The notes below the pieces were generated by a model. That model saw nothing but the letters and a program-made list of their open reading frames with translations, did not search any database and was not told where the DNA came from. Made by a program: the position numbers and the translations under genes. This document shows, piece by piece, positions 45,503 to 56,440 of a stretch of 64,000 nucleotides of DNA. The number at the start of each line of letters is the position of its first letter. The stretch's first letter is position 1. This stretch comes from an uncultured Planctomycetales bacterium (GTDB taxonomy: Bacteria > Planctomycetota > Phycisphaerae > UBA1845 > CAIVHJ01). The stretch lies in contig CAZUGO010000014.1 of assembly GCA_964619935.1 (NCBI GenBank), positions 51,169 through 115,168 of the forward strand, in the 5' to 3' direction.

Positions 45503-46318
45503 TTGCTCTTGGCGCTTCGGTCCACGCGACACACCATTGCTGTATTGGGGCTGGCGGTTCTGGCGACGATGCCCGGGTGCGCCCGGACCCTGGTCACCAG
45601 CTTCGAGGAGGCCCAGCGCCGGGCGACCCGCCTGGGCAAGGCGGTGTTCGTGTTCTACGGCTCCTGGGAGTCGACCGAGTGCGGGGCCATGAAGGCCGCG
45701 ATTCAGACCGGCATGGTCCAGCAGCACTTGAATGACAAGGTGACGTGTGATCTGGATGAAATCTGGGAGCCCAACCAGCAATTCGTTGCCCAGTACGGGG
45801 TCGATCGGTTTCCGGCGGTCGTCGTCATTCACCGCGATGGAACCTATCACAGCCACGTCGGCAAGCTGAACGCCGAGCAACTGGTCGCGTTTCTGGAGCA
45901 GGCCACACCGCCGGGCCGGTCCCCGATGGCCAACCCGCAGATCGCGCGGAAGGTCGACTACCACTGGATCGGGGATTTCGAGAGGGCGGTGGCCCAGGCC
46001 AAGGGCGCCCAGCGGCCCCTGTTCGTATTCTACAAGTCGGTGATCAGCCCCGAGAGCAATGACATGCTGTTCAACGTGCTGGACCATCCCCAGGTCGCCG
46101 GCATGTTCGAGCATACAGTCAACGCGATGTTGGACTGGGGGCACGCGCCCAACCGCCGGTTCATGGCCCGTTATGGCATCACCAACGTACCCGGCGTGCT
46201 CGTGATCTACCCTGACGGCCGGTACCTGGCGCACCAGGGTCGCATGACCGGCGCTCAGTTGGCAGCTTTTGTCCGCCAGGCCAAGAGCGCCTCCGACCCG
46301 CCCGCAGGCGACCCATAA
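45503..46318 (+). CDS. lipoprotein with two thioredoxin-like domains lacking CxxC
   Basis: The track start is non-[17 protein letters not shown] is a lipobox. Two similar halves: [12 protein letters not shown]...[15 protein letters not shown] and [12 protein letters not shown]...[15 protein letters not shown]. Confidence 0.65.
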   Translation: MLLALRSTRHTIAVLGLAVLATMPGCARTLVTSFEEAQRRATRLGKAVFVFYGSWESTECGAMKAAIQTGMVQQHLNDKVTCDLDEIWEPNQQFVAQYGVDRFPAVVVIHRDGTYHSHVGKLNAEQLVAFLEQATPPGRSPMANPQIARKVDYHWIGDFERAVAQAKGAQRPLFVFYKSVISPESNDMLFNVLDHPQVAGMFEHTVNAMLDWGHAPNRRFMARYGITNVPGVLVIYPDGRYLAHQGRMTGAQLAAFVRQAKSASDPPAGDP

Positions 46319-46342
46319 ATGGAATCCCGGCCATCGCGGCCT

Positions 46343-46348
46343 TATAAT
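46343..46348 (+). promoter_or_regulatory. candidate -10 hexamer TATAAT upstream of ribBA
   Basis: A perfect TATAAT in the 70-bp intergenic region, 40 nt upstream of the ATG at 46389. Confidence 0.35.
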
Positions 46349-46388
46349 GAGGCACGAAACGAAACCGTGACTTGTCGAGTACCCTGCC

Positions 46389-47633
46389 ATGAGTGCGCCG
46401 TTCTGTACCATCGAGGAAGCCCTTGCCGAGTTGCGGTCCGGCCGCATGATCGTGCTGGTTGATGACGAGGATCGTGAGAACGAGGGTGATCTGGTGGTGG
46501 CCGCGGAGTGCGTCACCCCGGAAATCGTCAACTTCATGATTACGTACGGCCGGGGCGTGCTGTGCCTGCCGATGTCGCGGAGCCGCTGCGAGCGGTTGAA
46601 CCTGCCCCTGCAAAGTGTCCAGAACACCAGCCGCTTTGGGACCGCCTTCACCGTGACCATTGACGCCCAACCGCACTTCGGCATCACCACCGGGGTTTCG
46701 GCCTCCGACCGCAGCACCACCATTCGCCGGGCCGTTGACGAGCAGGCTCAGCCCGACGACTTCACCCGCCCGGGCCACACGAATCCGCTGGTGGCGCGCG
46801 ACGGAGGTGTGCTGGTTCGGGCCGGCCAGACCGAAGGATCCGTGGACTTGTGCCGCCTGGCCGGGTTCAAGCCGGCCGCCGTGCTCATCGAGATCATGAA
46901 CGCCGACGGCACGATGGCCAGGGTCCCGGACCTGGTCAGATTCTGTGACCAGCACCGGCTCAAAATGTGCACCATTGCCGACCTGGTCGAATACCGCATC
47001 CAGCGCGAGTCCTTCGTGGAACGCGGCGAGCGCGTCAAGCTGCCGACCGAGTTTGGGGAATTCACCCTGATCGAATATCGCACCCCGGTGGATGCCGAGC
47101 CGCATCTGGCCCTGTGCTGTGGCGGGGTCGGCGATCTCGATTCCGACGGTTGTGCCCTTCCGCAACCGGACCCCGTTCTGGTCCGGGTGGAGTCCGAGTG
47201 CCTGACGGGGCATGCCTTGCGCTCTCTCCGCTGCGACTGCGGATCGCAACTGCACCAGGCCATGCAGCGGGTTCAGGAGGCCGGCAAGGGCGTGGTCGTG
47301 TACTTGCGTCAGGAAGGTCGCGGCATCGGGCTGCACAACAAACTGAAAGCCTACCGCCTGCAGGATCAAGGTTTGGACACCGTTGAAGCCAACGTCAAGC
47401 TGGGTTTCGTGGCGGATCGTCGGGATTACGGGGTCGGTGCCCAGATCCTGCGCGATTTGGGACTGCGGCGCATCGCGGTGCTGACCAACAATCCCAAGAA
47501 GGTCCAGCGGCTGCGGGTCTACGGCCTGGAGGTCGAGCAGCAAATCCCGCTCCAGATTTGTCCCAATGAGCACAATCGCAGCTACCTGCTGACCAAGCGC
47601 GACAAGATGGGTCACCAACTGCACATTCGCTAG
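46389..47633 (+). CDS. ribBA: bifunctional 3,4-dihydroxy-2-butanone-4-phosphate synthase / GTP cyclohydrolase II
   Basis: [16 protein letters not shown] (DHBPS) and [21 protein letters not shown] (GCH II zinc site). Confidence 0.93.
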   Translation: MSAPFCTIEEALAELRSGRMIVLVDDEDRENEGDLVVAAECVTPEIVNFMITYGRGVLCLPMSRSRCERLNLPLQSVQNTSRFGTAFTVTIDAQPHFGITTGVSASDRSTTIRRAVDEQAQPDDFTRPGHTNPLVARDGGVLVRAGQTEGSVDLCRLAGFKPAAVLIEIMNADGTMARVPDLVRFCDQHRLKMCTIADLVEYRIQRESFVERGERVKLPTEFGEFTLIEYRTPVDAEPHLALCCGGVGDLDSDGCALPQPDPVLVRVESECLTGHALRSLRCDCGSQLHQAMQRVQEAGKGVVVYLRQEGRGIGLHNKLKAYRLQDQGLDTVEANVKLGFVADRRDYGVGAQILRDLGLRRIAVLTNNPKKVQRLRVYGLEVEQQIPLQICPNEHNRSYLLTKRDKMGHQLHIR

Positions 47634-47642
47634 GGATCGACC

Positions 47643-48701
47643 ATGGATGCCGGCGGTGAGGGTCACGCCTGCATGCGCATCGCGGACGCCAACACCAACC
47701 GCGCCCGCGAAGCCCTTCGGGTGATCGAGGAATTTTGCCGCTTCGTGCTGGAGGACGCGGCCCTGACGGCGCGGTGCAAGCACCTGCGCCACGACCTGCA
47801 GGCGGTCGCCGGCCCGCTGACCCAGGTCGGTGGGTGGTCCTTCCGGGACACCGCGGGCGACGTGGGCACGGCCCTGAGCACCGTCGGCGAGGAGACCCGC
47901 TGCGACGCTGCGCAGGTGCTGGACGCAGCTTGCGGGCGGCTGGGTGAAGCGTTGCGGGTTCTGGAGGAATACGGCAAGACCGTCGACCCCGCCCATGGCA
48001 AGGCCGTCAAGCAACTGCGGTATGAGTCCTATGGGCTAACCGCCGCCGTGCAGCGACGGGCCCACCCGCGGCACCAAATGGCTGCGGTGAAGTTGTATGT
48101 GTTGTTGACCGAAGCCAACTGCCGGGGGCCATGGCTGGACACCGCTCGCTCGGCCCTGGCCGGGGGGGCGCGGGCCCTGCAGCTTCGTGAGAAAGCGCTG
48201 GCCGATCGCCGCCTGCTGGAGCGGGCCCGGGTGCTTCGGCAGTTGTGCGACGAGTTCCAGGCCCTCTTGATCATCAACGATCGGGTCGATGTCGCCGTCG
48301 CCGCACGGGCCGACGGCGTGCATGTGGGGCAGGATGACGTCGGCGTCGGAGACGCCCGGCGCATCCTCGGGCCGTACGGATTGGTCGGGGTCAGTACGCA
48401 CACCCTCGACCAAGCCCGGGCAGCGCTGGCCCAAGTACCCGATTACCTGGCAGTCGGCCCGATGTTTGCGTCCACCACCAAGCCGCAGGCCCATGTTGCC
48501 GGACCGCAAACCCTGGAGCGGGTTCGGGAGCTGACCACGTTGCCGCTTGTGGCCATCGGGGGAATCACCGCGGCAAATGCCGCTCAATTGGGGGCGGCTG
48601 ATGCCCTGGCGGTGTGCGACGCGGTGGTCGGTGCCGGCGATGTCACGGCCGCCGCCCGGGCCCTGGTTGCGGCAGCGGGCGGGCAGCAGAACCGCTGCTG
48701 A
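47643..48701 (+). CDS. thiE: thiamine-phosphate synthase with an N-terminal extension of about 130 aa
   Basis: The C-terminal roughly 215 aa carry LQLREK, DGVHVGQDD, GVSTH and AIGGI. The N-terminal domain (RIADANTNRAREALRVIEEFCRF) is unassigned. Confidence 0.85.
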   Translation: MDAGGEGHACMRIADANTNRAREALRVIEEFCRFVLEDAALTARCKHLRHDLQAVAGPLTQVGGWSFRDTAGDVGTALSTVGEETRCDAAQVLDAACGRLGEALRVLEEYGKTVDPAHGKAVKQLRYESYGLTAAVQRRAHPRHQMAAVKLYVLLTEANCRGPWLDTARSALAGGARALQLREKALADRRLLERARVLRQLCDEFQALLIINDRVDVAVAARADGVHVGQDDVGVGDARRILGPYGLVGVSTHTLDQARAALAQVPDYLAVGPMFASTTKPQAHVAGPQTLERVRELTTLPLVAIGGITAANAAQLGAADALAVCDAVVGAGDVTAAARALVAAAGGQQNRC

Positions 48702-48760
48702 TTCAACGGGGCCGCCGAAACGGCACCGGCCGGCACGCCCGAGAGGACGATAACTGAAGC

Positions 48761-50635
48761 ATGAGTCGACCACGCTTTCTTGAAGAGCTGTCCGAAACGG
48801 TGCTCGTCGGCGACGGGGCCATGGGCACCGAACTCTACGCCCGAGGGGTGGGCGTCGATGTCAACTTCGACGAACTGAACCTGTCGCGTCCGGCCATCGT
48901 CCAATCGGTGCACGCCGACTACGTGCAGGCCGGTGCTCGGCTCCTGGAGACCAACACCTATGGTGCCAATCGCGGAAGGCTGCGGGGTCACGGTCTGGAA
49001 GGCCGGCTGCAGGACATCAACGACGCCGGCGTGCGTCTGGCCCGGGAGGCCGCCGGCGACAAGGCTTTTGTGGCCGGATCGATCGGGTCACTGCCGGTTC
49101 AGCAGTACGCCGATGATCCCATCGTGTGGACGGCGGACGATGTTTATGAAATGTTCAAAGAGCAGGCCCTGCTGCTGGCGAACGCCGGTGTTGACCTGAT
49201 TCTGCTGGAGACCTTCTCGGATCTCGATCAATTGCAACAGGGGGTTCGGGCGGTCAAGCAGCACACCGATCTGCCGCTGATCGCCCAGTTGACTTTTCAG
49301 CATCGGGCGGTGACCGCCGGCGGTGTGGATGTCTACTCGGCGCTTCAAAGCCTGGTGGACCTGGGTGCCGACGTCGTGGGGACCAACTGCGGGCGGGGTG
49401 TGGCGAACGTGCTGCACATCGTGGAGGAGTTCGCCGCGCGGTCGCAGGCCCGGATTTCGGCGTTCCCGAACGCCGGCTTTCCGGAGGACGTCGGCGGCAG
49501 AATCATGTATCTGTCGTCCCCGGAGTACCTCGCGACCATGGCTGAACGGATGGTCGAGGCCGGCGCCAACCTGGTCGGCGGCTGCTGCGGGACGACGCCC
49601 ACATCCATTGAAGCGATGGTGGCGCGCATCGGCCGGCGACCGCCGGCGGTACGAAAGATCCGGGCCGTGCCGCGCGCCGTCGCGGTGGAACCGCCCGTGC
49701 GACCGCCCAGGAGAACCACCTATCTGGATCGGATCCGCGAAAAGCCGGTGGTGTTTGTTGAACTCGATCCGCCGTTCGGGCTGCAGTTCGAGAAACTTCT
49801 GACCGGTTGTCGGGTACTGCACAACATGGGCGTCGATGCCATCACCATGGGGGATTCGCCGGTGGCCACCCTGCGGGTCAGTAACCTCGCCACCGCCGCC
49901 CTGGTGCAAGGGGAAATCGGCATCGAATGCATCGTGCACATGACCTGTCGCGACCACAATATCATTGGGCTGCAGGCGGCCTTGATGGGGGCCTGGGTCC
50001 AGGGCATCAAGTCGGTGCTGGTGATCACCGGCGATCCGGCGAAATTGGGCAACCAGCCGGGTGCCTCCAGCGTCTACGATCTGAACAGCATCGGCCTGAT
50101 CAAGATCGCGAGCGATCTCAATCGCGGCAAGAACTTCGCCGGAGCCAGTGTGCAGAAGGCCACCGGGTTCAACATCGGCTGCGGCTTCAATCCCAACTTC
50201 AAGAACCTGCAGTTCGAGGTCGGCAAGCTGAAACGAAAGGTGGAAGCGGGGGCCATGTTCGTCCTGACCCAATTGGTCTTCGATCCGCGGCAGTATGCCG
50301 AATCGGTGCGGCTCATTCGCGATGCCGGAATTGACGTCCCGATCTTCCCGGCGGTGTTTCCGTTCACGTCCTTCCGCAATGCCGAGTTCCTGCACAACGA
50401 GTTGCCCGGAGTCCGGGTGCCGGAGGCGCTGCTGCAGCGCATGTCTCGAACCGATACGCACAACAGCCAGAAAGAGGGGCTGGCCATCGCCAAGGAACTC
50501 ATGGAACAGTTCTGGGAGCACGCCGACGGCATGTACATCGTGCCGCCGTTCAACCGCCACGAGCTGGCCGCCGAGCTGGTCGATTATCTCTATTCACACC
50601 TCGCCCCGCGCGGCGTGGCCGGCGGCCGAGCTTGA
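48761..50635 (+). CDS. yitJ: bifunctional homocysteine S-methyltransferase / 5,10-methylenetetrahydrofolate reductase
   Basis: The N-terminal Hcy-binding domain has VVGTNCG and GGCCGTTP zinc cysteines. The C-terminal MTHFR TIM barrel has VELDPP and LVITGDP. The architecture matches B. subtilis YitJ. Confidence 0.88.
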   Translation: MSRPRFLEELSETVLVGDGAMGTELYARGVGVDVNFDELNLSRPAIVQSVHADYVQAGARLLETNTYGANRGRLRGHGLEGRLQDINDAGVRLAREAAGDKAFVAGSIGSLPVQQYADDPIVWTADDVYEMFKEQALLLANAGVDLILLETFSDLDQLQQGVRAVKQHTDLPLIAQLTFQHRAVTAGGVDVYSALQSLVDLGADVVGTNCGRGVANVLHIVEEFAARSQARISAFPNAGFPEDVGGRIMYLSSPEYLATMAERMVEAGANLVGGCCGTTPTSIEAMVARIGRRPPAVRKIRAVPRAVAVEPPVRPPRRTTYLDRIREKPVVFVELDPPFGLQFEKLLTGCRVLHNMGVDAITMGDSPVATLRVSNLATAALVQGEIGIECIVHMTCRDHNIIGLQAALMGAWVQGIKSVLVITGDPAKLGNQPGASSVYDLNSIGLIKIASDLNRGKNFAGASVQKATGFNIGCGFNPNFKNLQFEVGKLKRKVEAGAMFVLTQLVFDPRQYAESVRLIRDAGIDVPIFPAVFPFTSFRNAEFLHNELPGVRVPEALLQRMSRTDTHNSQKEGLAIAKELMEQFWEHADGMYIVPPFNRHELAAELVDYLYSHLAPRGVAGGRA

Positions 50636-50667
50636 CCTGCGATTCGCCCCGGGCGATAACACGACCC

Positions 50668-51537
50668 ATGGCAGGCCACCTTGAGGAAGCCGACAGTGGA
50701 TTGGGCAGCGCGGCGACGACGCTGTTATGGACGGCCGCCAATGTCGCCCTGGCCGCCGGCGTCGGCCAATGGATGGTGATCAGCGGTGGGGTGTGCGCCG
50801 CGCTCGGCGTGGTTGCGCTGGTCAGCGCCGTTGCCCGAAGGCGCGCCGCCGGCAGGGTGCTTGCGGATGCCGTTCTGGTTGGGACGCTGGTCAACTTCAA
50901 CGCCTGGGCCTTTTCTCACCTGGGCAATCTGATGACCTTCCTGGGGTTGTTTTTTTTTGCCCTGTTCGGCCTCATTCTTGGCGCGGCGCTGTTCCGGTTG
51001 CTGTCGCGGTTTCGCCCGCTGCCGCGGTGGCCACTGCGCGGGGCCGGAGTCGCCGTCGTGCTGGTCTCCTGGGCGGGCGGTGTGCTGCTGGAAGCCTCCT
51101 ACCTGCCGGGCGATGTCCTGGACGACTGCAAGCACCACGCCCGCTTGTCCAGTCAGGTGACCGCCCGGGATCTGCAGACCGCCATCCCCCGGCAGGTTCG
51201 CGAGGTGCTGGCCGGTGCCCACCGCGGGCATCCGGCCGTCGCCTATGTGCTGTGGAATCTGCGGCGCGGCAAGATGGACCTGATTGTGCCCGGTCGCGGC
51301 GACGTGCCGCTGATCTATTCCCGACCGCAACGCAGGCTGGGCTTCGCGATCCGGCTGGTGGCCTCGCTGGTGCTGTTGACCTATGCGGTCTTCTCGCAGA
51401 TCCGCTGGTTGACGCATACGCCTCAGCAGGAGCACGATTTCAAGATCGCCCGGAACGCAGCCCGCGAAGGCACCGACCCCTCAGACCCCGCTCATTCCCA
51501 TTCGATTGTGGCGGGCGGTTTCGATGAGATGTCGTAA
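50668..51537 (+). CDS. hypothetical polytopic membrane protein
   Basis: ORF 50632..51537 (a TTG overlapping the yitJ stop). I prefer the ATG at 50668. At least 6 hydrophobic helices. Contains a T9 tract. The 3' end overlaps guaA convergently by 46 nt. Confidence 0.5.
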   Translation: MAGHLEEADSGLGSAATTLLWTAANVALAAGVGQWMVISGGVCAALGVVALVSAVARRRAAGRVLADAVLVGTLVNFNAWAFSHLGNLMTFLGLFFFALFGLILGAALFRLLSRFRPLPRWPLRGAGVAVVLVSWAGGVLLEASYLPGDVLDDCKHHARLSSQVTARDLQTAIPRQVREVLAGAHRGHPAVAYVLWNLRRGKMDLIVPGRGDVPLIYSRPQRRLGFAIRLVASLVLLTYAVFSQIRWLTHTPQQEHDFKIARNAAREGTDPSDPAHSHSIVAGGFDEMS

Positions 51538-53042
51538 GTGACCCGGTTGATGCCGGGAACCTCGTTCATGATTCGCGATGACAGCCGCGCTAAGACCTCG
51601 TAGTCGATGCGCACCCAGTCGGCAGTCATGAAGTCTTCGGTCTCGACGAACCGCAAGGCCACGATGTGAGTGTGTTCGTAGCTGCGCCGGTCGCCGGTGA
51701 CGCCGACCGTGCTGATCGGCAGCAGGGCGGCAAAGGCTTGAGCGATCTTGCGGTACCAGCCGGCCGCCTTGATTTCATCGATGACGATTTCATCGACGTC
51801 ACGCAACAGCGCCAAGCGCTGCGGGGTGACGGCGCCGATGATTCGCACCGCCAGGCCCGGCCCCGGGAACGGATGCCGCCAGACGATCTCCTCGGGCAGG
51901 CCCAGGTGCTCACCGATGGTCCGCACTTCATCCTTGAACAGGTCGCGGAGCGGCTCGATCAGTTCAAACCCCAGCTCGGCGGGCAGGCCGCCGACATTGT
52001 GGTGGATCTTGATGTTTGCCGCGGCGCCGGTCAGGCTGTGCCCGGATTCGATGACATCGGGGTACAGCGTGCCCTGGGCCAGGAACCGGGCCTGCGGAAT
52101 GGACGTCGCCTGATCGCGGAAGACGGCGATGAACTCATGGCCGATCGCCCGTCGCTTCAGCTGCGGATCGAGCACCCCGTCGAGAACCCGCAGGAAGCGG
52201 GCGCCGGCCTGGACCACCCGCAGATCGATCTTCAGGTGGTCGCGGAAGGTGGCTTCCACCACTTCGCGCTCGTGCTTGCGCAACAGGCCATTGTCGACAA
52301 AGATGCAGACCAGTTGCGGCCCGATGGCCTGGTGCAGCAAGGTGGCGGTGACACTGCTGTCCACGCCGCCGCTCAAACCGCAAATGACGCGGTCGCCGGG
52401 GCCCACGCGCTTGCGGATGTCTTCCACGGCGTCGCGGGTCAGGTTGCCGACGTTCCATTGTCCGGTACAGCCGCAGATGTCGTACAGGAAATTCCGCAGG
52501 ATGCGGCCGCCTTCGGGCGTGTGCGTGACTTCCGGATGAAACTGCAGCCCCCAGAACGGGCGGGTGCGGTGGCGCACGGCGGCTAACGGGCAGGTCGGGG
52601 TCGAGGCCAGCACCTCGAAGTCGTCCGGTAGCGACCGCACTGCGTCCCCGTGACTCATCCACACCACCGCGCTGTCCGGCAAGTGGGCCAGGAGGGCGTC
52701 GCGACGTCGGATCTGCAGATGGGTGCGGCCGTACTCCGCGGATTCGGCGCCGCGGACCTCCCCACCCAAGTGCTGGCAACCCAACTGCATCCCATAGCAA
52801 ATGCCCAGAACCGGGACGTCACCGTTGAGGATTTCAGGGCGGCAGTTCGGGGCCAGACCCTGGTAGGTGCTGGCGGGGCCGCCGGAGAGGATCAACCCGC
52901 GGACCCCCAGCGAAAGCAGCGTGGTCCAGGCGACATCGGGAGCAACCAGAACGCTGTGGACGTGGTTTTCGCGAACGCGACGGGCAATCAGCTGGGTGTA
53001 CTGACTGCCGAAGTCCAGAATGGCGATGGTCGGGCCGGTCAT
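51492..53042 (-). CDS. guaA: GMP synthase (glutamine-hydrolysing)
   Basis: ICYGMQL (GATase Cys), [10 protein letters not shown] (PP-loop) and the C-terminal PPATIEWE. Confidence 0.95.
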   Translation of the reverse strand: MTGPTIAILDFGSQYTQLIARRVRENHVHSVLVAPDVAWTTLLSLGVRGLILSGGPASTYQGLAPNCRPEILNGDVPVLGICYGMQLGCQHLGGEVRGAESAEYGRTHLQIRRRDALLAHLPDSAVVWMSHGDAVRSLPDDFEVLASTPTCPLAAVRHRTRPFWGLQFHPEVTHTPEGGRILRNFLYDICGCTGQWNVGNLTRDAVEDIRKRVGPGDRVICGLSGGVDSSVTATLLHQAIGPQLVCIFVDNGLLRKHEREVVEATFRDHLKIDLRVVQAGARFLRVLDGVLDPQLKRRAIGHEFIAVFRDQATSIPQARFLAQGTLYPDVIESGHSLTGAAANIKIHHNVGGLPAELGFELIEPLRDLFKDEVRTIGEHLGLPEEIVWRHPFPGPGLAVRIIGAVTPQRLALLRDVDEIVIDEIKAAGWYRKIAQAFAALLPISTVGVTGDRRSYEHTHIVALRFVETEDFMTADWVRIDYEVLARLSSRIMNEVPGINRVTYDISSKPPATIEWE

Positions 53043-53053
53043 GCCTGGGCGCC

Positions 53054-53614
53054 TCAGGGCGCGGCGCTGGGGGTCTGGCTGCGGTCGTAGGCCTCAATGA
53101 TGTCCGGCGGGATCGGCACCCCGGTGCAGGGGGTCGTGTCATGATCGGCCGCGCCGCAGCGCTGCTGGCTGATCAAGCCGTCGCTGCACATGACGCTGCC
53201 CGGCGGAGCCGCGATCAGGCTCAGCGGCAGGCCGGCGGTGTTCACAATCTGGCGGGTGGGGCAATACAGGAAGGCCGCGTAATCCAACCCGGTCCAGGCA
53301 AACCGGCCGTCGTCGCTTCCGGAATCCTCCAGGGCGTCGGACCACCACAATGGCCAATGCGAGACGCCCTGGTTCTGGGCCCGCGCGGTTCGATCGGGCC
53401 AGTTGCGGTGCGCTTCTGCAGCCATGATATGGGCTTCGAGAACACGGTCCTTGGAAGCCGTGGTGACCTGGCGGGTGTCCGGCAGGTCGTCCTGGAAGGG
53501 GTTGATGGTCTCGGCACAGCCTGGAACCAGGACCGCCCACGCCAGCCACAACCCCAGGCCGTCCATCCGGCGGGTGTGATGCGATTCAACGATCGTCGTG
53601 TGGTTCGGTCGCAT
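53054..53614 (-). CDS. hypothetical lipoprotein between guaB and guaA
   Basis: ORF 53054..53644 with candidate starts at 53614 (MRPNHTT) or 53566 ([17 protein letters not shown], lipobox). Trp- and Cys-containing, with no family recognised. Confidence 0.5.
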   Translation of the reverse strand: MRPNHTTIVESHHTRRMDGLGLWLAWAVLVPGCAETINPFQDDLPDTRQVTTASKDRVLEAHIMAAEAHRNWPDRTARAQNQGVSHWPLWWSDALEDSGSDDGRFAWTGLDYAAFLYCPTRQIVNTAGLPLSLIAAPPGSVMCSDGLISQQRCGAADHDTTPCTGVPIPPDIIEAYDRSQTPSAAP

Positions 53615-55073
53615 AATTGGGCGACTCCTTGGTAATGAACACATCGTGCGGGTGCGACTCGATCATGCCCGCGCCACTCACCCGGCAGAACCGGGCATCG
53701 GTCTGAAGATCGGCCACGCTCGGCGTCCCGCAATAGCCCATCCCGGCCCGCAGTCCACCCACCAGATGATACACGAATTCGGACAAAGGCCCGCGATAGG
53801 GCACGCGGCCCTCCACGCCTTCGGGCACCAGCTTGCTGGACGGGCGGTCGGCCGACTGATTGTATCGATCCGCGCTGCCGCTGCCCATGGCCGCCAGTGA
53901 ACCCATGCCGCGGTATTCCTTGAAGCGGCGGCCCTTGTAAATCACCATTTGCCCGGGTGACTCGTCCAGGCCGGCGAACAGCGAGCCGATCATGACACTG
54001 TCGGCGCCCGCCGCAATCGCCTTGGTGATGTCGCCGGAATGCCGAATGCCGCCGTCGGCAATCACCGGCACGCCGGCATCACGCGCCACCGAGGCGGCGT
54101 CCAGAATCGCAGTGATCTGCGGCACACCCACGCCGGACACCACCCGGGTGGTGCAGATCGAGCCCGGCCCGACGCCAACCTTGACGGCGTCGGCCCCGGC
54201 GGCGATCAAATCAGCGGCCCCCTCGCGGGTGGCGACGTTGCCGGCGATGATCTCAATGTCATGGCGCTCGCGAATGGCGGCGATCGTCCGGCAGACGTTG
54301 TCGCTGTGTCCGTGGGCGCTGTCGACGCAGACGACGTCGACGCCAGCCTGGATCAAGGCGTCCACCCGATCGTAATCAAACACCCCGACCGCGGCACCGA
54401 CCCGCAGCCGACCGCGGGTGTCCTTGGTGGTGTGGGGCAGTGCCGACGACCGCTCGATGTCGCGCATGGTGATCATGCCGACCAGGCGGCGGTCTGAATC
54501 CACGAGCAGAAGCTTCTTGACCTTGGCCTTGCACAGGATCTTGCGGGCTTGTTCCAATGTGGTTCCCGGAGCGCCGGTGACCAGGTGCTCGCGGGTCATG
54601 ACCGCCGAAATCGGCTGCTCATCGGAATCGAGGAACTTGAGATCCCGGCCGGTGAGCACACCCAGCAGGCGATGCTGGGCGTCGATGATCGGCACGCCGG
54701 AAATGTTCTGCAGGCGCATGGTTTCTTTGGCCCGGGCCACCGAATCATCGGGGCCCATGACCACCGGGTCCAGGATCACGCCACTCTCGGAACGCTTGAC
54801 CTTGTAGACCTCGCGGCACTGGGCTTCGATCGGCATGTTCTTATGAATGATGCCGATGCCGCCTTCCTGGGCCAGGGCAATCGCCAGCAGCGACTCGGTG
54901 ACCGTATCCATGGGCGCGGAGACCAGCGGGATGTTCATGGCGATGTTGCGGGTCAGTTGGGTGCGGACCGCCACGTCCCGCGGCATGACCGCGGAGCGCC
55001 GGGGCACCAGCAGGACGTCATCGAAGGTAATGCCATCGCCAATGATCTTGTCGGCTGCGGCGATTGAAGACAT
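53586..55073 (-). CDS. guaB: IMP dehydrogenase
   Basis: 495 aa with a CBS pair insert, the catalytic loop [14 protein letters not shown], and [12 protein letters not shown]. Confidence 0.95.
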   Translation of the reverse strand: MSSIAAADKIIGDGITFDDVLLVPRRSAVMPRDVAVRTQLTRNIAMNIPLVSAPMDTVTESLLAIALAQEGGIGIIHKNMPIEAQCREVYKVKRSESGVILDPVVMGPDDSVARAKETMRLQNISGVPIIDAQHRLLGVLTGRDLKFLDSDEQPISAVMTREHLVTGAPGTTLEQARKILCKAKVKKLLLVDSDRRLVGMITMRDIERSSALPHTTKDTRGRLRVGAAVGVFDYDRVDALIQAGVDVVCVDSAHGHSDNVCRTIAAIRERHDIEIIAGNVATREGAADLIAAGADAVKVGVGPGSICTTRVVSGVGVPQITAILDAASVARDAGVPVIADGGIRHSGDITKAIAAGADSVMIGSLFAGLDESPGQMVIYKGRRFKEYRGMGSLAAMGSGSADRYNQSADRPSSKLVPEGVEGRVPYRGPLSEFVYHLVGGLRAGMGYCGTPSVADLQTDARFCRVSGAGMIESHPHDVFITKESPNYATEPHDDR

Positions 55074-55193
55074 GCGGGGGGACCTCCAGTCGGACTCGCG
55101 CCCTTTGGCAGATATTCCTACAACGGAGGCGTAAGGTCAAGCGCGGCCCCGAGCAGTGGCCCGCCGGTGGGTTTTGTGTCATCATAGGACCTC

Positions 55194-56114
55194 ATGTCTG
55201 AGCTGCGCTACTCGATCGTGGACGCCTTCACCGCCGAACCGTTCAGCGGCAATCCCACCGCCGTGGTGCTGGAGGCCGGCGGGTTGACCGACGGCCGCCT
55301 GCAGACCATTGCCCGGGAGTTTAACGTCAGCGAAACGACCTTTGTCTCGGAACCCTCGGTTTCTGGAGCGGCAGTGGCCATCCGCTGGTTCACCCCGGCA
55401 GCCGAAGTGAACCTATGCGGCCACGGGACCATCGGGGCCGTTCACGCCCTGATCCGATCCGGACGGTTCGTGGACCTCCCGGACGACAAGGGAACGGTGC
55501 TGCCGATCCAAACCCGCAGCGGCATCCTGACCGTCCGCTGTGAGCGCTTGACGCGGTCCGGCGGCTCCACCTTCCTGGTGTGGTTGGATCTGCCCCAGCC
55601 CCAGCTTCGCCCCAAGACCATTGCCCCGCGGATCTGGGGTGGACTCTTAGGCGTGCCGGTCGATGCGTTTGATCGGGACCTGCCCAGCGCCCAGACCCAG
55701 GACGGAGACGTGCTGGTCTTCTTGCGGTCTTTGCCGCCACTGATGGAAGCAGCGCCGGATTTTCGAGCGCTGGCCAAGTTCAGTCGCCAGCAGAAGGTCC
55801 GCGGCTGGTGTGTCGCGACCACCGCCACCCTGACGCCGTCGATCAACGTGCAATCGCGCTTCTTTGCCCCGGCGATCGGCATCGATGAGGATCCGGTGAC
55901 CGGCAGTGTCCATGGCCCATTGGCCGCGTACCTCGTTGCTGCCGGGCGCGTCCCCCTGCACGGCCGGTCGGCCGCCCTGTCGTGCACCCAGTCGAATCAT
56001 CAAGCCCGAGCCGGGCTGGTCCGCGTGGTGGCGAACCAGACCGATTCAGCGAACTGGGCGGTCCGGATCGGCGGCGAATGCGTGACGGTGATGTCCGGGA
56101 CCCTTCACGTCTGA
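55194..56114 (+). CDS. PhzF-family isomerase
   Basis: YSIVDAFTAEPFSGNPTAVVL, FNVSETTFV and RWFTPAAEVNLCGHGTIGA. Confidence 0.85.
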   Translation: MSELRYSIVDAFTAEPFSGNPTAVVLEAGGLTDGRLQTIAREFNVSETTFVSEPSVSGAAVAIRWFTPAAEVNLCGHGTIGAVHALIRSGRFVDLPDDKGTVLPIQTRSGILTVRCERLTRSGGSTFLVWLDLPQPQLRPKTIAPRIWGGLLGVPVDAFDRDLPSAQTQDGDVLVFLRSLPPLMEAAPDFRALAKFSRQQKVRGWCVATTATLTPSINVQSRFFAPAIGIDEDPVTGSVHGPLAAYLVAAGRVPLHGRSAALSCTQSNHQARAGLVRVVANQTDSANWAVRIGGECVTVMSGTLHV

Positions 56115-56211
56115 ATGGAGCACGGCTCAGGATGGCCTGCGGTATGCCTGCCCGCCGGGGAGGGACTTCCCGGGTCCAGGGGGTGGACCCTGCGCCGGGG
56201 TGAGAGGCTCC

Positions 56212-56362
56212 AAAAATGGTATCTTCATTTTGTTGAAACGGTATCTTCATTTTACCCAAATGGTACCATCGTTTGAACAAAATGGTGGTACCATTTGAAC
56301 AAAATGGTGGTACCATTTGAATAAAACCGTGGTACCATTTGAATGGAACCGGAGTACCGTCC
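56212..56362. repeat. AT-rich array of 7 degenerate units of about 22 bp centred on TGGTACCA palindromes
   Basis: Site starts are 56217 and 56239 (GGTATC variants), 56261, 56286, 56308 and 56330 (perfect TGGTACCA), and 56352 (GAGTACCG). Spacings are 22, 22, 25, 22, 22, 22. The unit is close to AAAATGGTGGTACCATTTGAAC. It lies between two convergent stop codons. Confidence 0.9.
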
Positions 56363-56440
56363 AGCAAGAGGGCCGTCGGGGCGGCTGGACCCTGCCGGCG
56401 GGGCGGTGCCTGGCCCCGGCGGGTCGGGGAACTTCCCGAC

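Noticed and set aside
46319-46388. Possible FMN riboswitch upstream of ribBA. I considered TPP and SAM/cobalamin elements upstream of thiE (47634-47642) and yitJ (48702-48760) in the same way.
   Set aside because: The intergenic regions are 70, 9 and 59 nt, too short for these aptamers. None of the conserved core sequences were seen.
45164-48014. Two long minus-strand ORFs (45164..46723 and 46179..48014)
   Set aside because: They are antisense to the Trx-like lipoprotein, ribBA and thiE. The products are low-complexity and lack motifs.
51492-51537. 46-nt convergent overlap between the hypothetical membrane gene and guaA
   Set aside because: Short convergent overlaps are common in compact high-GC genomes. 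The membrane protein's tail is unconserved-looking and its true stop cannot be tested here.
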